Positions 55,383 through 64,000 of a stretch of 64,000 bases of DNA are shown here, in pieces. The stretch lies in contig CAMTWA010000020.1 of the NCBI GenBank assembly GCA_947085385.1, positions 29,853-93,852 of the forward strand. Direction: 5' to 3'. Each line of letters begins with the position of its first letter. Position 1 is the stretch's first letter. Position numbers and translations under genes: made by a program. The notes beneath the pieces are model-generated. The model was not told where the DNA came from and ran no database searches. It was given only the letters and a program-made list of their open reading frames with translations. This DNA comes from an uncultured Gemmatimonadota bacterium. GTDB taxonomy: Bacteria > Gemmatimonadota > Gemmatimonadetes > Gemmatimonadales > Gemmatimonadaceae.

Positions 55383-56177
55383 CTACTGCGCCGTCAGCGA
55401 CACCAGAAACTCGCTGAGCACGTGATTGAAGGTCGCCGGGCGCTCGATGTTGCTCACGTGCCCGGCGCCGGCGATTACCTCGAGGCGGCTGCCGGCGATG
55501 GCCAAATGCATGGCGCGCGCATCCTTGACCGGCGTGAGCACGTCCTCGTCACCCACGATGATCAGCGTTGGCACGTTGATGGTGGTGAGCGTGGGTGTGG
55601 AGTCTGGGCGCGTCCGTAGCGCATCGAGCGCGTCCACGATCCCCATCACGGGGGCCAGCGACATCATGCGATGCAGTTCGTCCACAAGCTCGGGGTTCTT
55701 CTCGCGCGTGGTGCGGCCCACCATGCCGGCGATCATCTGGTTGGCGACTGCCATGCTGCCGCGCTCCTGTACGAGTGCCTGCATCTCGACGCGGGCACTC
55801 TGCGCTGCTTCGGTGTCGGCCGTGGCGCGGGTGTCGCAGAGCACGAGGGCGCGCACCCGCGCACGATGCCTGCGCCAGAAGGCCAAGGCGGCATAGCCGC
55901 CCATGGAGAGCCCCACGATGACGGCGCGCTCGATCTCCAGAACATCGAGCAGGGTGGCGGCATCATCAGCGTAGCCGTCCATGCCACCCGGCGCGTCGCG
56001 GGCACTCTCCCCGAAGCCGCGTAGGTCCATGCCGATCGTGCGCGCTTTCACAGCCAGTGCGCCGAGCTGCGGCGACCAGAGCGATCGGTTATGCGGAAAC
56101 CCGTGCAGGAACAGCACGGGCACACCCGACCCGACGTCGTCGTAGCCGATGGCGTGCCCGTTGACGAAAGTGATCAT
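55383..56177 (-). CDS. Alpha/beta hydrolase
   Basis: HGFPHN oxyanion region, GLSMGG nucleophile elbow, C-terminal GAGHVSNIE. Confidence 0.8.
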   Translation of the reverse strand: MITFVNGHAIGYDDVGSGVPVLFLHGFPHNRSLWSPQLGALAVKARTIGMDLRGFGESARDAPGGMDGYADDAATLLDVLEIERAVIVGLSMGGYAALAFWRRHRARVRALVLCDTRATADTEAAQSARVEMQALVQERGSMAVANQMIAGMVGRTTREKNPELVDELHRMMSLAPVMGIVDALDALRTRPDSTPTLTTINVPTLIIVGDEDVLTPVKDARAMHLAIAGSRLEVIAGAGHVSNIERPATFNHVLSEFLVSLTAQ

Positions 56178-56353
56178 GGCACAGCTCCCGTGACGGCGGG
56201 AGCCGCGCCAAGCCCGAAGAGCACTCTCAGGAAGGCGGAGAGTCTAGCGGATGCTCGGCGAGTGGAGACAGTTGGCATGGATGGTCAGCGGGTGTTTCGT
56301 GAGGGACCTCGCTACATTTGTACCACACGCAACACCGGAGAGGAAGGAAGCGA

Positions 56354-57553
56354 GTGAGCCCCAAGAGCGCAGCGCCGACCGTGCGGTACCTCGATTCGAA
56401 CGACGCCGTCGGGACGTTCCTCAAGGGAATTCGTGGCACGCCGCTGCTGGCGCTCGACACCGAAGGGGCGAGTTTCCACCGGTTCATTGACCGCATCTAC
56501 CTGCTGCAGCTCTCGACGCGCGACGCCCACGCCATCATCGATCCGCTCCCGATTGCCCCCCCGGCTGCGCTTGGCGCGCTGCTCGAGAATCCAGGCGTCG
56601 AGGTGGTCTTCCACGACGCGGACTACGACATCCGCTTGCTGCATCAGGACTACGGCTGGCACGTGCGGCGTATCTTCGATACCCGCATCGCGGCACAGCT
56701 GCTCGGCGTCAAGACATTCGGTCTCGCCGCGCTGCTGGAGCAGCACTTTGGCGTCAAGCTGGACAAGAAGCACCAGCGCGCCGACTGGTCCATGCGCCCG
56801 CTCACGCAGGGCATGCTCGACTATGCGGCGCAGGACACGCTGCACTTGCTCCAACTGCGCGACATGCTGAAGGATCAGCTCGAGCGGAAGGAACGGTGGG
56901 CGTGGGCGGCCGAGGAGTTCGAGCGGCTCGAGGGAACGCGATGGGCGCCGGAGGATGCGTCGCCGGCATTCCTGCGCATCAAGGGCGCGCGCGACCTGAC
57001 TCGCCGCGAACTGGCGGTGATGCGCGAGGTGACGCAGTGGCGCGATGCGGCGGCGCTGGCAGTGGATCGGGCGACGTTTCGCGTGGTGGCCAACGACGTG
57101 CTGCTGGAGATCGCGCGGCAACAGCCCACGACGGCCGACGCGCTCGGTACGATCAAGGGAATGCCGCGCAGCATGCTGGATCGCGCCGGCTCCGATGTGC
57201 TGGCGGCGGTGCGGCGCGGCCTCGCGCTGCCCGAGGCGCAACTGCCGCGCTTCCCCCGGTCAACGCGGTGGGAGAAAGACCCCGAGTTCGATGACAAGGT
57301 TGGGCGCCTGAAGAACGTACGCGACGAAGCGGCGCGGCGGCTGGACCTCGATCCCGGCGTGCTGGGCTCGCGTGAGCGCCTCGAGGCGGTGGCGCGGCTC
57401 GTCCCGCGGTCGGTGGACGACCTCGCCGCGGTTCCCGATCTGCGCCGATGGCAGGTGGCCGAGATGGGTGAGGCGTTCGTGAAGGCGCTCGGCGGGTTCA
57501 AGCCCAAGTCGAAGAAGGCGCCGGCCGCAGAATCGCCGTATCTCGAAACCTAG
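56354..57553 (+). CDS. rnd: Ribonuclease D
   Basis: DEDD 3'-5' exonuclease motifs (LALDTEG, FHDADYD, YAAQD) plus an HRDC region. GTG at 56354 is preceded by ggagaggaaggaag. The ORF opens at 56318. Confidence 0.8.
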   Translation: MSPKSAAPTVRYLDSNDAVGTFLKGIRGTPLLALDTEGASFHRFIDRIYLLQLSTRDAHAIIDPLPIAPPAALGALLENPGVEVVFHDADYDIRLLHQDYGWHVRRIFDTRIAAQLLGVKTFGLAALLEQHFGVKLDKKHQRADWSMRPLTQGMLDYAAQDTLHLLQLRDMLKDQLERKERWAWAAEEFERLEGTRWAPEDASPAFLRIKGARDLTRRELAVMREVTQWRDAAALAVDRATFRVVANDVLLEIARQQPTTADALGTIKGMPRSMLDRAGSDVLAAVRRGLALPEAQLPRFPRSTRWEKDPEFDDKVGRLKNVRDEAARRLDLDPGVLGSRERLEAVARLVPRSVDDLAAVPDLRRWQVAEMGEAFVKALGGFKPKSKKAPAAESPYLET

Positions 57554-57591
57554 CGAGACGCCGCCGGGGGCTCATCGTCGCGGTCAGCCGT

Positions 57592-57957
57592 TCAGAACCC
57601 CAAATACGTCCGTACCCGCGGCTCAATGCGATCGGGGGTCCACGGCGGCGACCAGACGATGTTCACTTCAGCCTTGGTGACGCCGGGAATTGCCTGCACC
57701 TGCGTGGTGGCGTCGTGGAGCAGTTCCGGCCCGGACGGACAAGCCGGCGATGTAAGTGACATCTCCACCGTGACGCTCGTTCCCTCGACGCGGATGCCGT
57801 AGACGAGACCCAGGTCGACGATGTTGAGGTTGAGGTCCGGGTCCTTCACGCGGCGCAGCGCGAGCTTGACGAGATCCTCGGTGACGTCGGCAGTGGCAGT
57901 CGGGACGGCGCTCGCGTCAGGGGGTGCTGCAGTGGGCGGCGTGTGCTCGTCGGTCAT
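57592..57957 (-). CDS. DUF59/MIP18-family metal-sulfur cluster assembly factor (SufT/PaaD-like)
   Basis: NIVDLGLVY...LTSPACP motif. Confidence 0.75.
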   Translation of the reverse strand: MTDEHTPPTAAPPDASAVPTATADVTEDLVKLALRRVKDPDLNLNIVDLGLVYGIRVEGTSVTVEMSLTSPACPSGPELLHDATTQVQAIPGVTKAEVNIVWSPPWTPDRIEPRVRTYLGF

Positions 57958-58019
57958 GGGGAGCTCCTGGGGTCATCGCAGTATCGCTGCACGCCGCGCA
58001 GGAATTCAAGCTGTGGCGA

Positions 58020-59393
58020 TTAGCGCGGACGCTGAACAGGCGGCTTCTTCCCTTTCGGCGCCGTCGGTTGTGCCTTGCCGGCGGACGCCTTCGCGGCCGG
58101 CTTCTTGATGCTGGCCTTCGCGGCTACGGCTGCCGGACGTGACGTGGCCTTCTTGCCGCGCGACCGGCGGACGCGCAGCGGCTTGTTCCAGTTGACCGCG
58201 CGATCGGCGCGGAAGGCCGCGGGCATGATGCTGATATGCAACTCGTCGTCCGTGACGGCGAGCGCGGCCGCGTCAGCGAGGTCGGCGCGCACATCAGCGA
58301 TGACCGTGGACGGCCGCCGCACGCGCGCCGCGTGGACGCGATTGGTGAGCAGGATGACGAACATGTCGCGCTGTGGATCTATCCACATTGACGTGCCGGT
58401 ATAGCCGACGTGTCCGTAGGCCGTCGGGCTCAAGTAGTCGCCCGCACCGTGCCGGCCTTCCGCCATCTCCCACCCAAGCGCGCGCGAGCCCGACGCGCGC
58501 TGCGTGAACAGTCGCACGGTGGGCTCACTCACGATGCGCCTGTCCCGGTAGATGCCGCCATCGAGCAGCATCTGGGCGAAGACGGCGAGATCGTCCGCGG
58601 TGCCGAACAGGCCGGCATGCCCGGCGACACCGCCCAGCACGTACGCATTCTCGTCGTGTACCTGGCCCTGCAGGGGATAGCCTCGTGGCGGCGCCATCTC
58701 GGTAGGCGCCACACGGCCGCGCACGGAACCGGAGGGCAAGAAGAACGTGTCGTTCATCCCCAACGGGCCGAACACGCGTTCCTGCACGAACACGTCCAGC
58801 GGAACGCCGGCGATCGACTCCACCACCCAGCCCAGCACGTCTGCGCCAAGATCGGAGTAGATGAAGGAACGGCCGGGGCGATAGCGGAGCTTCGTCTCAA
58901 TGACCGCGCGCCTGGCTTCGTCCGGGGTGCGATCAACTCGCCAGAGTTCACGCCCGGCCGGCAGGCCGCTGCGATGAGTGAGCAGGTGGCGAATGGTGAC
59001 TTCGTTCTTCCACGTGCCGACAAAGCCCGGAAGATAATCGGCCACCTTGCCGTCGAGCGGCAGGCGGCCCTCGTCATACAGGACCATGGCCGCCGTCGTC
59101 GTGGCGACGACCTTGGTGAGCGACGCGAGGTCGTAGATCGTCCCGTCCGCCGAGACAGCGGCACTCCCGATGCCCCACCCCATCGTGCCGAATCCCTTGC
59201 GCCATACGGCCGCGCCACCACGGCCGACGATGACCGCCGCACCGGGGAATCCGCCGGCCCGAATGCCCTCCTGCACCACCCGATCAATGATCTCCAGCCG
59301 TTCGGACGACATACCCATGCTTTCCGGCAAACGAATCGGCAGGCGATCCGTCGGTCCGCCAAGCGCAAGCGCGGTAAGGAGATGGAGAACCAT
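58020..59393 (-). CDS. Serine hydrolase (beta-lactamase family) with Lys/Ala/Pro-rich basic C-terminal tail
   Basis: SxxK motif ASLTKVV. Tail RSRGKKATSRPAAVAAKASIKKPAAKASAGKAQPTAPKGKKPPVQRPR. Start trimmed to MVLHLLTAL. Confidence 0.75.
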   Translation of the reverse strand: MVLHLLTALALGGPTDRLPIRLPESMGMSSERLEIIDRVVQEGIRAGGFPGAAVIVGRGGAAVWRKGFGTMGWGIGSAAVSADGTIYDLASLTKVVATTTAAMVLYDEGRLPLDGKVADYLPGFVGTWKNEVTIRHLLTHRSGLPAGRELWRVDRTPDEARRAVIETKLRYRPGRSFIYSDLGADVLGWVVESIAGVPLDVFVQERVFGPLGMNDTFFLPSGSVRGRVAPTEMAPPRGYPLQGQVHDENAYVLGGVAGHAGLFGTADDLAVFAQMLLDGGIYRDRRIVSEPTVRLFTQRASGSRALGWEMAEGRHGAGDYLSPTAYGHVGYTGTSMWIDPQRDMFVILLTNRVHAARVRRPSTVIADVRADLADAAALAVTDDELHISIMPAAFRADRAVNWNKPLRVRRSRGKKATSRPAAVAAKASIKKPAAKASAGKAQPTAPKGKKPPVQRPR

Positions 59394-59579
59394 TGGTACC
59401 AGCGGAAGGGGGGAGCGACGGCAACGACACTGAATCAACGCGGTCGCTGAACCGGTACGGCATCGAATGGGAGGCTAAGGACTAGCGTCCACGCCCTGTA
59501 CACGCAAGACGAGTACTTTCACCGACAGTCACCTTGGCAACCAATTCAGCGGGCCAGGTGACTCACCTAGCGAACGTTC

Positions 59580-60149
59580 ATGGCTGATCAACTGACAATC
59601 CGACGCGCCATCCACGGCGACGAAGCGGCGTTGCGCACCCTTTGGGTGCAATACGCGCCGCGCATCGACGCCGTGGTCAGGCGACTGGTGGGCGATCCGG
59701 ACGAAGCGGCCGACGTGGCGCAGGAGGTCTGGATACAGATCTTCCGGGCGCTTCCCACCTACCGCGGCGACTCGCAGTTCGGCACGTGGGCGCACCGCAT
59801 CGCCGTGAACCGCACGTTGAACGCACTGCGGGCGCTTCGCCGGATTGGCAAGCGGGAGACGGAGATCGAGGAGGAGACCGCGTCGGTTGAGCACGACGGC
59901 GATCGCTCGCTGCTGGCGCAGACGATTGACGAGGCGGTACAGAAATTGTCGCCCGGAGCACGAACTATCTTCGTGCTCCACGATGTCGAGGGGTACACGC
60001 ACGAAGAGATCGCGGCCGAGCTGGGCATCACGGCCGGCGGGTCGAAATCGCAGCTGTTCAAGGCGCGCGCGAAGCTGCGCACGCTGCTCAGGCACCTGGT
60101 AGATGATCCCATTTCGCGGGAACCGTCACATGCTGCACATCTCTCCTGA
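59580..60149 (+). CDS. ECF-type RNA polymerase sigma factor
   Basis: Region 2 (DVAQEVWIQIFRALPTYRGDSQFGTWAHRIAVN) and region 4 (VLHDVEGYTHEEIAAELGITAGGSKSQLFKAR). Confidence 0.9.
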   Translation: MADQLTIRRAIHGDEAALRTLWVQYAPRIDAVVRRLVGDPDEAADVAQEVWIQIFRALPTYRGDSQFGTWAHRIAVNRTLNALRALRRIGKRETEIEEETASVEHDGDRSLLAQTIDEAVQKLSPGARTIFVLHDVEGYTHEEIAAELGITAGGSKSQLFKARAKLRTLLRHLVDDPISREPSHAAHLS

Positions 60150-60825
60150 ACGACTGGCCGCGCTGGTGGACGAGACGGCGACGCCCGATGAGGCCTCGCA
60201 CCTCGCTGTCTGTGCGCTATGCACGGGCGAACTCACGGCGCACCGTCGGCTCGTCCGCATGGCGCTCACCGAGATGCCGCGGGAAGGACCGCCGCTCAAC
60301 GACTGGGCCTCGCTGGGGGCGATGCTGAAGGCCGAGGGGATCATCTCGGCCGCCCCAGCACCTCCGGCGCATCGGTCGCGTACGGTGTGGGCGATGCGCA
60401 TCGCGGCGGGGCTCGTGCTGGTAGCGGGGAGCGTGCTTGCGGGGCGGTGGAGCGCCGGCCTCGACATCACGACCGCGCCACAACAGGCGGCCGTAACAGC
60501 GCCCGCCCCGGCCGCGCCGGTCTTTGCGTCGCCGCAGGCCGCCATGCAGGTGCTGACCTCGGCGCAACAGCAGTACTCTGACGCCGCGACGTATCTCGCC
60601 GCGCAGGACACGTCGTCGCACTTCATCGGGTTGAACGTCAATACGTATCGCGCCCGGCTCACGGCCCTGGACAACATTGTGGCATCTACGCGCGCGGCAC
60701 TGTATCAGGCGCCGCAGGATCCGGTGCTCAACCAGTACTATCTCTCCGCGATGGCGGCGCGCGAAGCGACGCTCAAGCAGTACCAGGCGGCGTTGCCGGC
60801 GAAGCAGGCGCTCGAGCGGTACTAG
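60130..60825 (+). CDS. Anti-sigma factor (zf-HC2 type) with one TM segment
   Basis: H-x3-C-x2-C motif HLAVCALC. TM segment MRIAAGLVLVAGSVLAG. Overlaps the sigma gene end. Confidence 0.75.
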   Translation: MLHISPERLAALVDETATPDEASHLAVCALCTGELTAHRRLVRMALTEMPREGPPLNDWASLGAMLKAEGIISAAPAPPAHRSRTVWAMRIAAGLVLVAGSVLAGRWSAGLDITTAPQQAAVTAPAPAAPVFASPQAAMQVLTSAQQQYSDAATYLAAQDTSSHFIGLNVNTYRARLTALDNIVASTRAALYQAPQDPVLNQYYLSAMAAREATLKQYQAALPAKQALERY

Positions 60826-60837
60826 CGCTGGCGCGCA

Positions 60838-60958
60838 GAGAGACAACAGAGAGACAACAGAGAGACAACAGAGAGACAACAGAGAGACAACAGAGAGACA
60901 ACAGAGAGACAACAGAGAGACAACAGAGAAACAACAGAAAGACAACAGAGAAACAACA
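60838..60958 (+). repeat. Unidirectional tandem array of 11 copies of an 11-nt unit (8 x GAGAGACAACA then 3 variants)
   Basis: Counted by hand. The plus strand contains no T over 121 nt. Lies in the 159-nt spacer between the anti-sigma stop and the PDZ gene start. Confidence 0.9.
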
Positions 60959-60984
60959 GAAGTACACTTCAAGGACTTGATGCA

Positions 60985-62214
60985 ATGACGGCATTCCTTC
61001 CCTCTATGCGACGAATCGTGCCGGCCGCGTTGATGGCCAGCGCGTTGATGGCCAGCGCATTGATGGGCGCGGTGATCGGCGTCGCGGACGCACAGCAGCC
61101 GGCGCCTGCCCCGCGTCCGGAGCGGCACGTCACGGTGCGCGTGGACACCAACGAGCGCATGAAGGTCACCCTCGTTCTCGAGGGACTCGACAGCCTGATG
61201 CGGTCGCTGGTGCAATCGCGGGCGCTTGAGGAGCGCATCGGTATGGCGCTGCGTGAATACGGCGCGACACTCGCTGACGCGTCGCGGAGGCGCGCCCTCG
61301 AGGAGCAGTTGCAGCAGTTGGCCGAGAAGAACGTGCAGTTGATGTCGAAGATCCAGATGGCGTGCACGAACCGGAAGACGTCGGAGTACGCGCCTGAGGG
61401 CTATCTGGGCGTGACGTTCAACATCATGGGAACGGTGAAGCGGGAGGCGAACGGCCCCGACGTCTATCGCTTTGATGAACCGCCCGAGATCATCTCCGTG
61501 GAGACCGGATCGCCGGCAGACCGCGCGGGGATGCGCCGCGGCGACCGCATTATCACCCTGGATGGACGGGACGTGGTCGGGCGCGACGTGATCCTCTCGC
61601 AACTGCTGGTGCCCGGACGCAAGCTGCCGGCGCGCATCGCGCGCGACGGACGCGAGCAGGCCGTCTCGGTGCTGGTGCAGAAGCGTCCAGACGGGTTCGG
61701 CGACCAATGTGTGGATCTGGACTTGGCGTGGGGCCCGATGCGTTCGCCCGGGCTGAAACCGCCGTCGCCGGGGAGTCGCACCTTCACATTCGAACGTTCG
61801 CCGTCAGCGCCGTCAGCGCCGTCAGCGCCGTCAGCGCCGTCAGCGCCGTCGTCGCCGCGCGTCACGACTCCGCCGGCCCCTCCCGCGCCGAACGTTTGGG
61901 TGTTCGACGCGCCGCCGCCGGTGGCGATCGCCGGCTTCTCGAGCATCGTGGCAGGCGCACAGCTCACGTCGCTGACCGAGGACTTCAAGGACGTACTCGG
62001 CGCCGATGCCGGCGTGCTGGTGCAGCGCGTCGCCTCCGAGTCGCCGGCCGCTCAGGCGGGGCTGAGGGGCGGCGACGTGATCGTCGAGGCGGGCGACCGC
62101 CCCGTGACCAGCGCGCGGCTGCTGCAGCGCCTGATTGGCGACTCCGATGAGCGCTCGCTGAAACTCAAGGTGTTGCGCAAAGGGAAGACGCGGACGGTGT
62201 GGTTGAAGTGGTAG
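60985..62214 (+). CDS. Secreted protein with two PDZ domains (no protease domain recognised)
   Basis: Signal peptide. PDZ-like segments GYLGVTF...GSPADRAGMRRGDRIITLDG and GVLVQRVASESPAAQAGLRGGDVIVEAG. Confidence 0.75.
   Translation: MTAFLPSMRRIVPAALMASALMASALMGAVIGVADAQQPAPAPRPERHVTVRVDTNERMKVTLVLEGLDSLMRSLVQSRALEERIGMALREYGATLADASRRRALEEQLQQLAEKNVQLMSKIQMACTNRKTSEYAPEGYLGVTFNIMGTVKREANGPDVYRFDEPPEIISVETGSPADRAGMRRGDRIITLDGRDVVGRDVILSQLLVPGRKLPARIARDGREQAVSVLVQKRPDGFGDQCVDLDLAWGPMRSPGLKPPSPGSRTFTFERSPSAPSAPSAPSAPSAPSSPRVTTPPAPPAPNVWVFDAPPPVAIAGFSSIVAGAQLTSLTEDFKDVLGADAGVLVQRVASESPAAQAGLRGGDVIVEAGDRPVTSARLLQRLIGDSDERSLKLKVLRKGKTRTVWLKW
61028..61072 (+). repeat. 15-nt tandem duplication inside the PDZ gene signal peptide
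   Basis: gcgttgatggccagc x2 then gcattgatgggcgcg, encoding ALMASALMASALMGA. Confidence 0.75.
61801..61854 (+). repeat. 9-nt tandem repeat (ccgtcagcg x5 plus a variant) inside the PDZ gene
   Basis: Encodes the (SAP)n linker PSAPSAPSAPSAPSAPSSP between the two PDZ domains. Confidence 0.85.
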
Positions 62215-62215
62215 G

Positions 62216-63031
62216 CTAGCCCGCGCTGGCTTGCATGCGTGGGGTGGCAAGCAGCCAGCGCCCGAAGGTGCGAACGTCTCCCCACCTCCGCCCCTCGTCG
62301 CACATCAGCCTGGCGTCGCTCAGTGAAATCCCGGCGAGTGACGCCCACCTGGCGGCGTCGCGCGGCTGCTGCTCAACGATCGTCAGATCGTGGGTTTGGT
62401 TGAAGCGGGTGCATAGGGTGTCCGTGGCACCGGGTGCGGCGAAATCATGCAGTTCGACGCACAGCGCTGACCTGGCCAGCCAGGGAACACGCGCGGGGTC
62501 AAGGAGGTCGCGTTCGCCGCCCTCGCAGTCGCAGATCACGAGGACGCCTTCCGAAGGCGGCACGGCGAGCGCCGCCAGTGCGTCAATATCCGCTGCACCG
62601 AGCGCATGCACCCGCTCGCCCACGCGGTTGTAAGCGGCGCTTTGGATGGTTTTCTCACGCCAGGCGGCATCCATTTCGTACGCGTAGACCGTTGCGTTCC
62701 CAAGGCGCATGGCCATGCCAGTCGAGTAGTAGCCGCCGGCGCTGCCAATGTTGACCGCGATTGGCCAGCCGCGCGCGAACTCGCGTTCCAGCCACGCGTG
62801 GTTTTCGCATTCGAAGGACCCCATCAGCATCGCGGCTTCACAGTCACCGGGGGTGTCGGCGTGCAACCGAAGCCCCACGAACGGGCCAGCTGCGACGCAA
62901 CCTCCCGTATGATTCCAGACGCGCGCACGCGCGCGACGGCTGGCCGACCATCGCGTGAGCCGCAGCCGCCGGCGCACATTCAGTGGGATCAGCGAGTGGT
63001 ACACCTGCCGCAGGATGGAAACGAGTTTCAC
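62216..63031 (-). CDS. Putative SAM-dependent methyltransferase (FkbM-like)
   Basis: Only the C-terminal ~270 codons of ORF 62216..63814 look coding. Contains VNIGSAGGYYS (glycine-rich SAM loop-like). The GTG start at 63031 is tentative. Confidence 0.5.
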   Translation of the reverse strand: MKLVSILRQVYHSLIPLNVRRRLRLTRWSASRRARARVWNHTGGCVAAGPFVGLRLHADTPGDCEAAMLMGSFECENHAWLEREFARGWPIAVNIGSAGGYYSTGMAMRLGNATVYAYEMDAAWREKTIQSAAYNRVGERVHALGAADIDALAALAVPPSEGVLVICDCEGGERDLLDPARVPWLARSALCVELHDFAAPGATDTLCTRFNQTHDLTIVEQQPRDAARWASLAGISLSDARLMCDEGRRWGDVRTFGRWLLATPRMQASAG

Positions 63032-63113
63032 TGTTCGATTGCTGACATGCTCGACAATGTAGTGGTGATGGACCGGGCGCGCCCACACGCGGGCGCGACA
63101 CGCCAGTGTGCGG

Positions 63114-63911
63114 CTAGGGCGTGGATACCGGTCCGGGCGGCAGGCTGTACACCAGCCGCACCGTGTGCTCATCCGTGAGGCTGAGGTCCCGCACCCGGAC
63201 CCGCGCCGCCATGATGCTGCGCTCGTCTTGGGTGTGGTCGAGCCCCAGCACGTGGCCGACTTCGTGCAGCGCGATCGCGGAGATGGCCTCGGGCTCGAGC
63301 GGCGCGCCACTGTGGTGGTGCAGGGCCAGTTCAATGGATGACCCGACGATCCACCAATGCTGGTCGTGTGTCCAGCGCGTGCGGCCCGAGATGGGCATCT
63401 CGAACTTGTCCACCCAAACCACCGGGATGTCGCATCGCGCGGAGTCGACCACGAATGTGAACGCCACGGGGACGCCGGCGTGCGTCCAGCGCTCAAAGGC
63501 CTGCCGCACACGTTCCGGATAGTCGCGCCGAAAGCCCGGGAGGTCGGACTGCGGCTGCACCCACACCCGCAGCGGCTCGAGTTGGCGGTCAGGCCAGCGG
63601 GCATTGTTGTCACTGCGCTGCAGGAAGATCTCGCGGATGTACGTACCCGCCTCGCCGTCGGCGAGACGGCGCTGGATTTCGGCGAGATCGCGCTGCGGCG
63701 GCGGCAGCGTGGACGTGCGCACGCTGACGAGGCCGGCTTCGCCGGCGGACTTCTGCGCCGCGTGGTCAGTGGCCATCGGCAACGGTAGCGCCGTGTCCGC
63801 GGCGGCCACGGCAACTGGCGTTGTGCGCGGCGGAACGCGGCGTGCCTGCACGACGATGAACGCGGCCATGCCCACCAGGAGCAGCGCGAGCGCCGTGACC
63901 GTGCGGTTCAT
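63114..63911 (-). CDS. Matrixin-family zinc metalloprotease (M10)
   Basis: HEVGHVLGLDH (HExxHxxGxxH) followed by SIM (Met-turn). N-terminal TM/signal segment. Confidence 0.85.
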   Translation of the reverse strand: MNRTVTALALLLVGMAAFIVVQARRVPPRTTPVAVAAADTALPLPMATDHAAQKSAGEAGLVSVRTSTLPPPQRDLAEIQRRLADGEAGTYIREIFLQRSDNNARWPDRQLEPLRVWVQPQSDLPGFRRDYPERVRQAFERWTHAGVPVAFTFVVDSARCDIPVVWVDKFEMPISGRTRWTHDQHWWIVGSSIELALHHHSGAPLEPEAISAIALHEVGHVLGLDHTQDERSIMAARVRVRDLSLTDEHTVRLVYSLPPGPVSTP

Positions 63912-64000
63912 GCGAGGAACTCCTCGACGATGCTAAAGAACTGTTCGGGCTGTTCCCAGAACGGCATGTGTCCGGCCTCGGCGATCAGCCGCAACCGCGC
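63908..64000 (-). CDS. C-terminal end of an alpha/beta hydrolase (partial, runs off the window)
   Basis: Translates to ...ARLRLIAEAGHMPFWEQPEQFFSIVEEFLA stop. ATGA overlap with the matrixin gene start. Confidence 0.6.
   Translation of the reverse strand, partial: ARLRLIAEAGHMPFWEQPEQFFSIVEEFLA

Noticed and set aside
60838-60958. Possible CRISPR array
   Set aside because: Units are contiguous with no spacers, only 11 nt long, and no cas genes are present. This is a simple tandem repeat.
62216-63814. Full 532-aa ORF on the minus strand
   Set aside because: Its N-terminal 260 codons overlap the well-supported matrixin gene (63114..63911) in another frame and translate to Arg/Ser/Pro/Cys-rich low-complexity sequence. 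Only the C-terminal part was kept.

Overview
Very GC-rich chromosomal segment from a diderm bacterium, judged from a TonB-dependent receptor, lipobox lipoproteins and Sec signal peptides. I cannot assign the lineage without a database search. Gene density is high, and I saw no rRNA, tRNA, CRISPR array, transposase or integrase. Most of the window is ordinary metabolism and transport: two ABC systems, gamma-glutamyltransferase, a GH9 glycosidase, a tyrosine phenol-lyase-like enzyme, a TPP enzyme, a complete sufR-sufBCD-sufU-sufS-sufU' operon, a CaCA antiporter, AbgT/NamZ, DPP-IV, ChaN, a xanthine-dehydrogenase-family enzyme split over two loci, a ferredoxin, RNase D and an ECF sigma/anti-sigma pair. 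Two things stand out. (1) At 33.6-40.5 kb a module occurs twice: a membrane-anchored thioredoxin-fold protein (CAFC) followed by an 81-codon gene for a Sec-leader peptide with 8 invariant cysteines. The cysteine spacing (C-x10-C-x5-C-x3-C ... GxC ... CxC) matches the cysteine-stabilised alpha-beta / gamma-core defensin signature. Three paralogous lamin-tail-domain-like lipoproteins and a signal-peptide-bearing VanX-type dipeptidase accompany the modules, and a TonB-receptor operon is divergently transcribed from them. An AT-rich octamer, CTATTGAC, marks five intergenic sites around this locus. I regard this as a candidate undescribed secreted cysteine-peptide (bacterial defensin-like) system. 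(2) The window carries two families of short tandem repeats: an 11-nt unit (GAGAGACAACA) and a 7-nt unit (GA-N-GG-N-N). They form long inverted arrays around terminators between convergent genes, one 11-copy one-directional array, an SD-plus-AUG array inside the suf mRNA, and in-frame insertions in two enzyme genes. Coordinates of trimmed starts were derived from the ORF track plus hand inspection and remain uncertain by a few codons in several cases.
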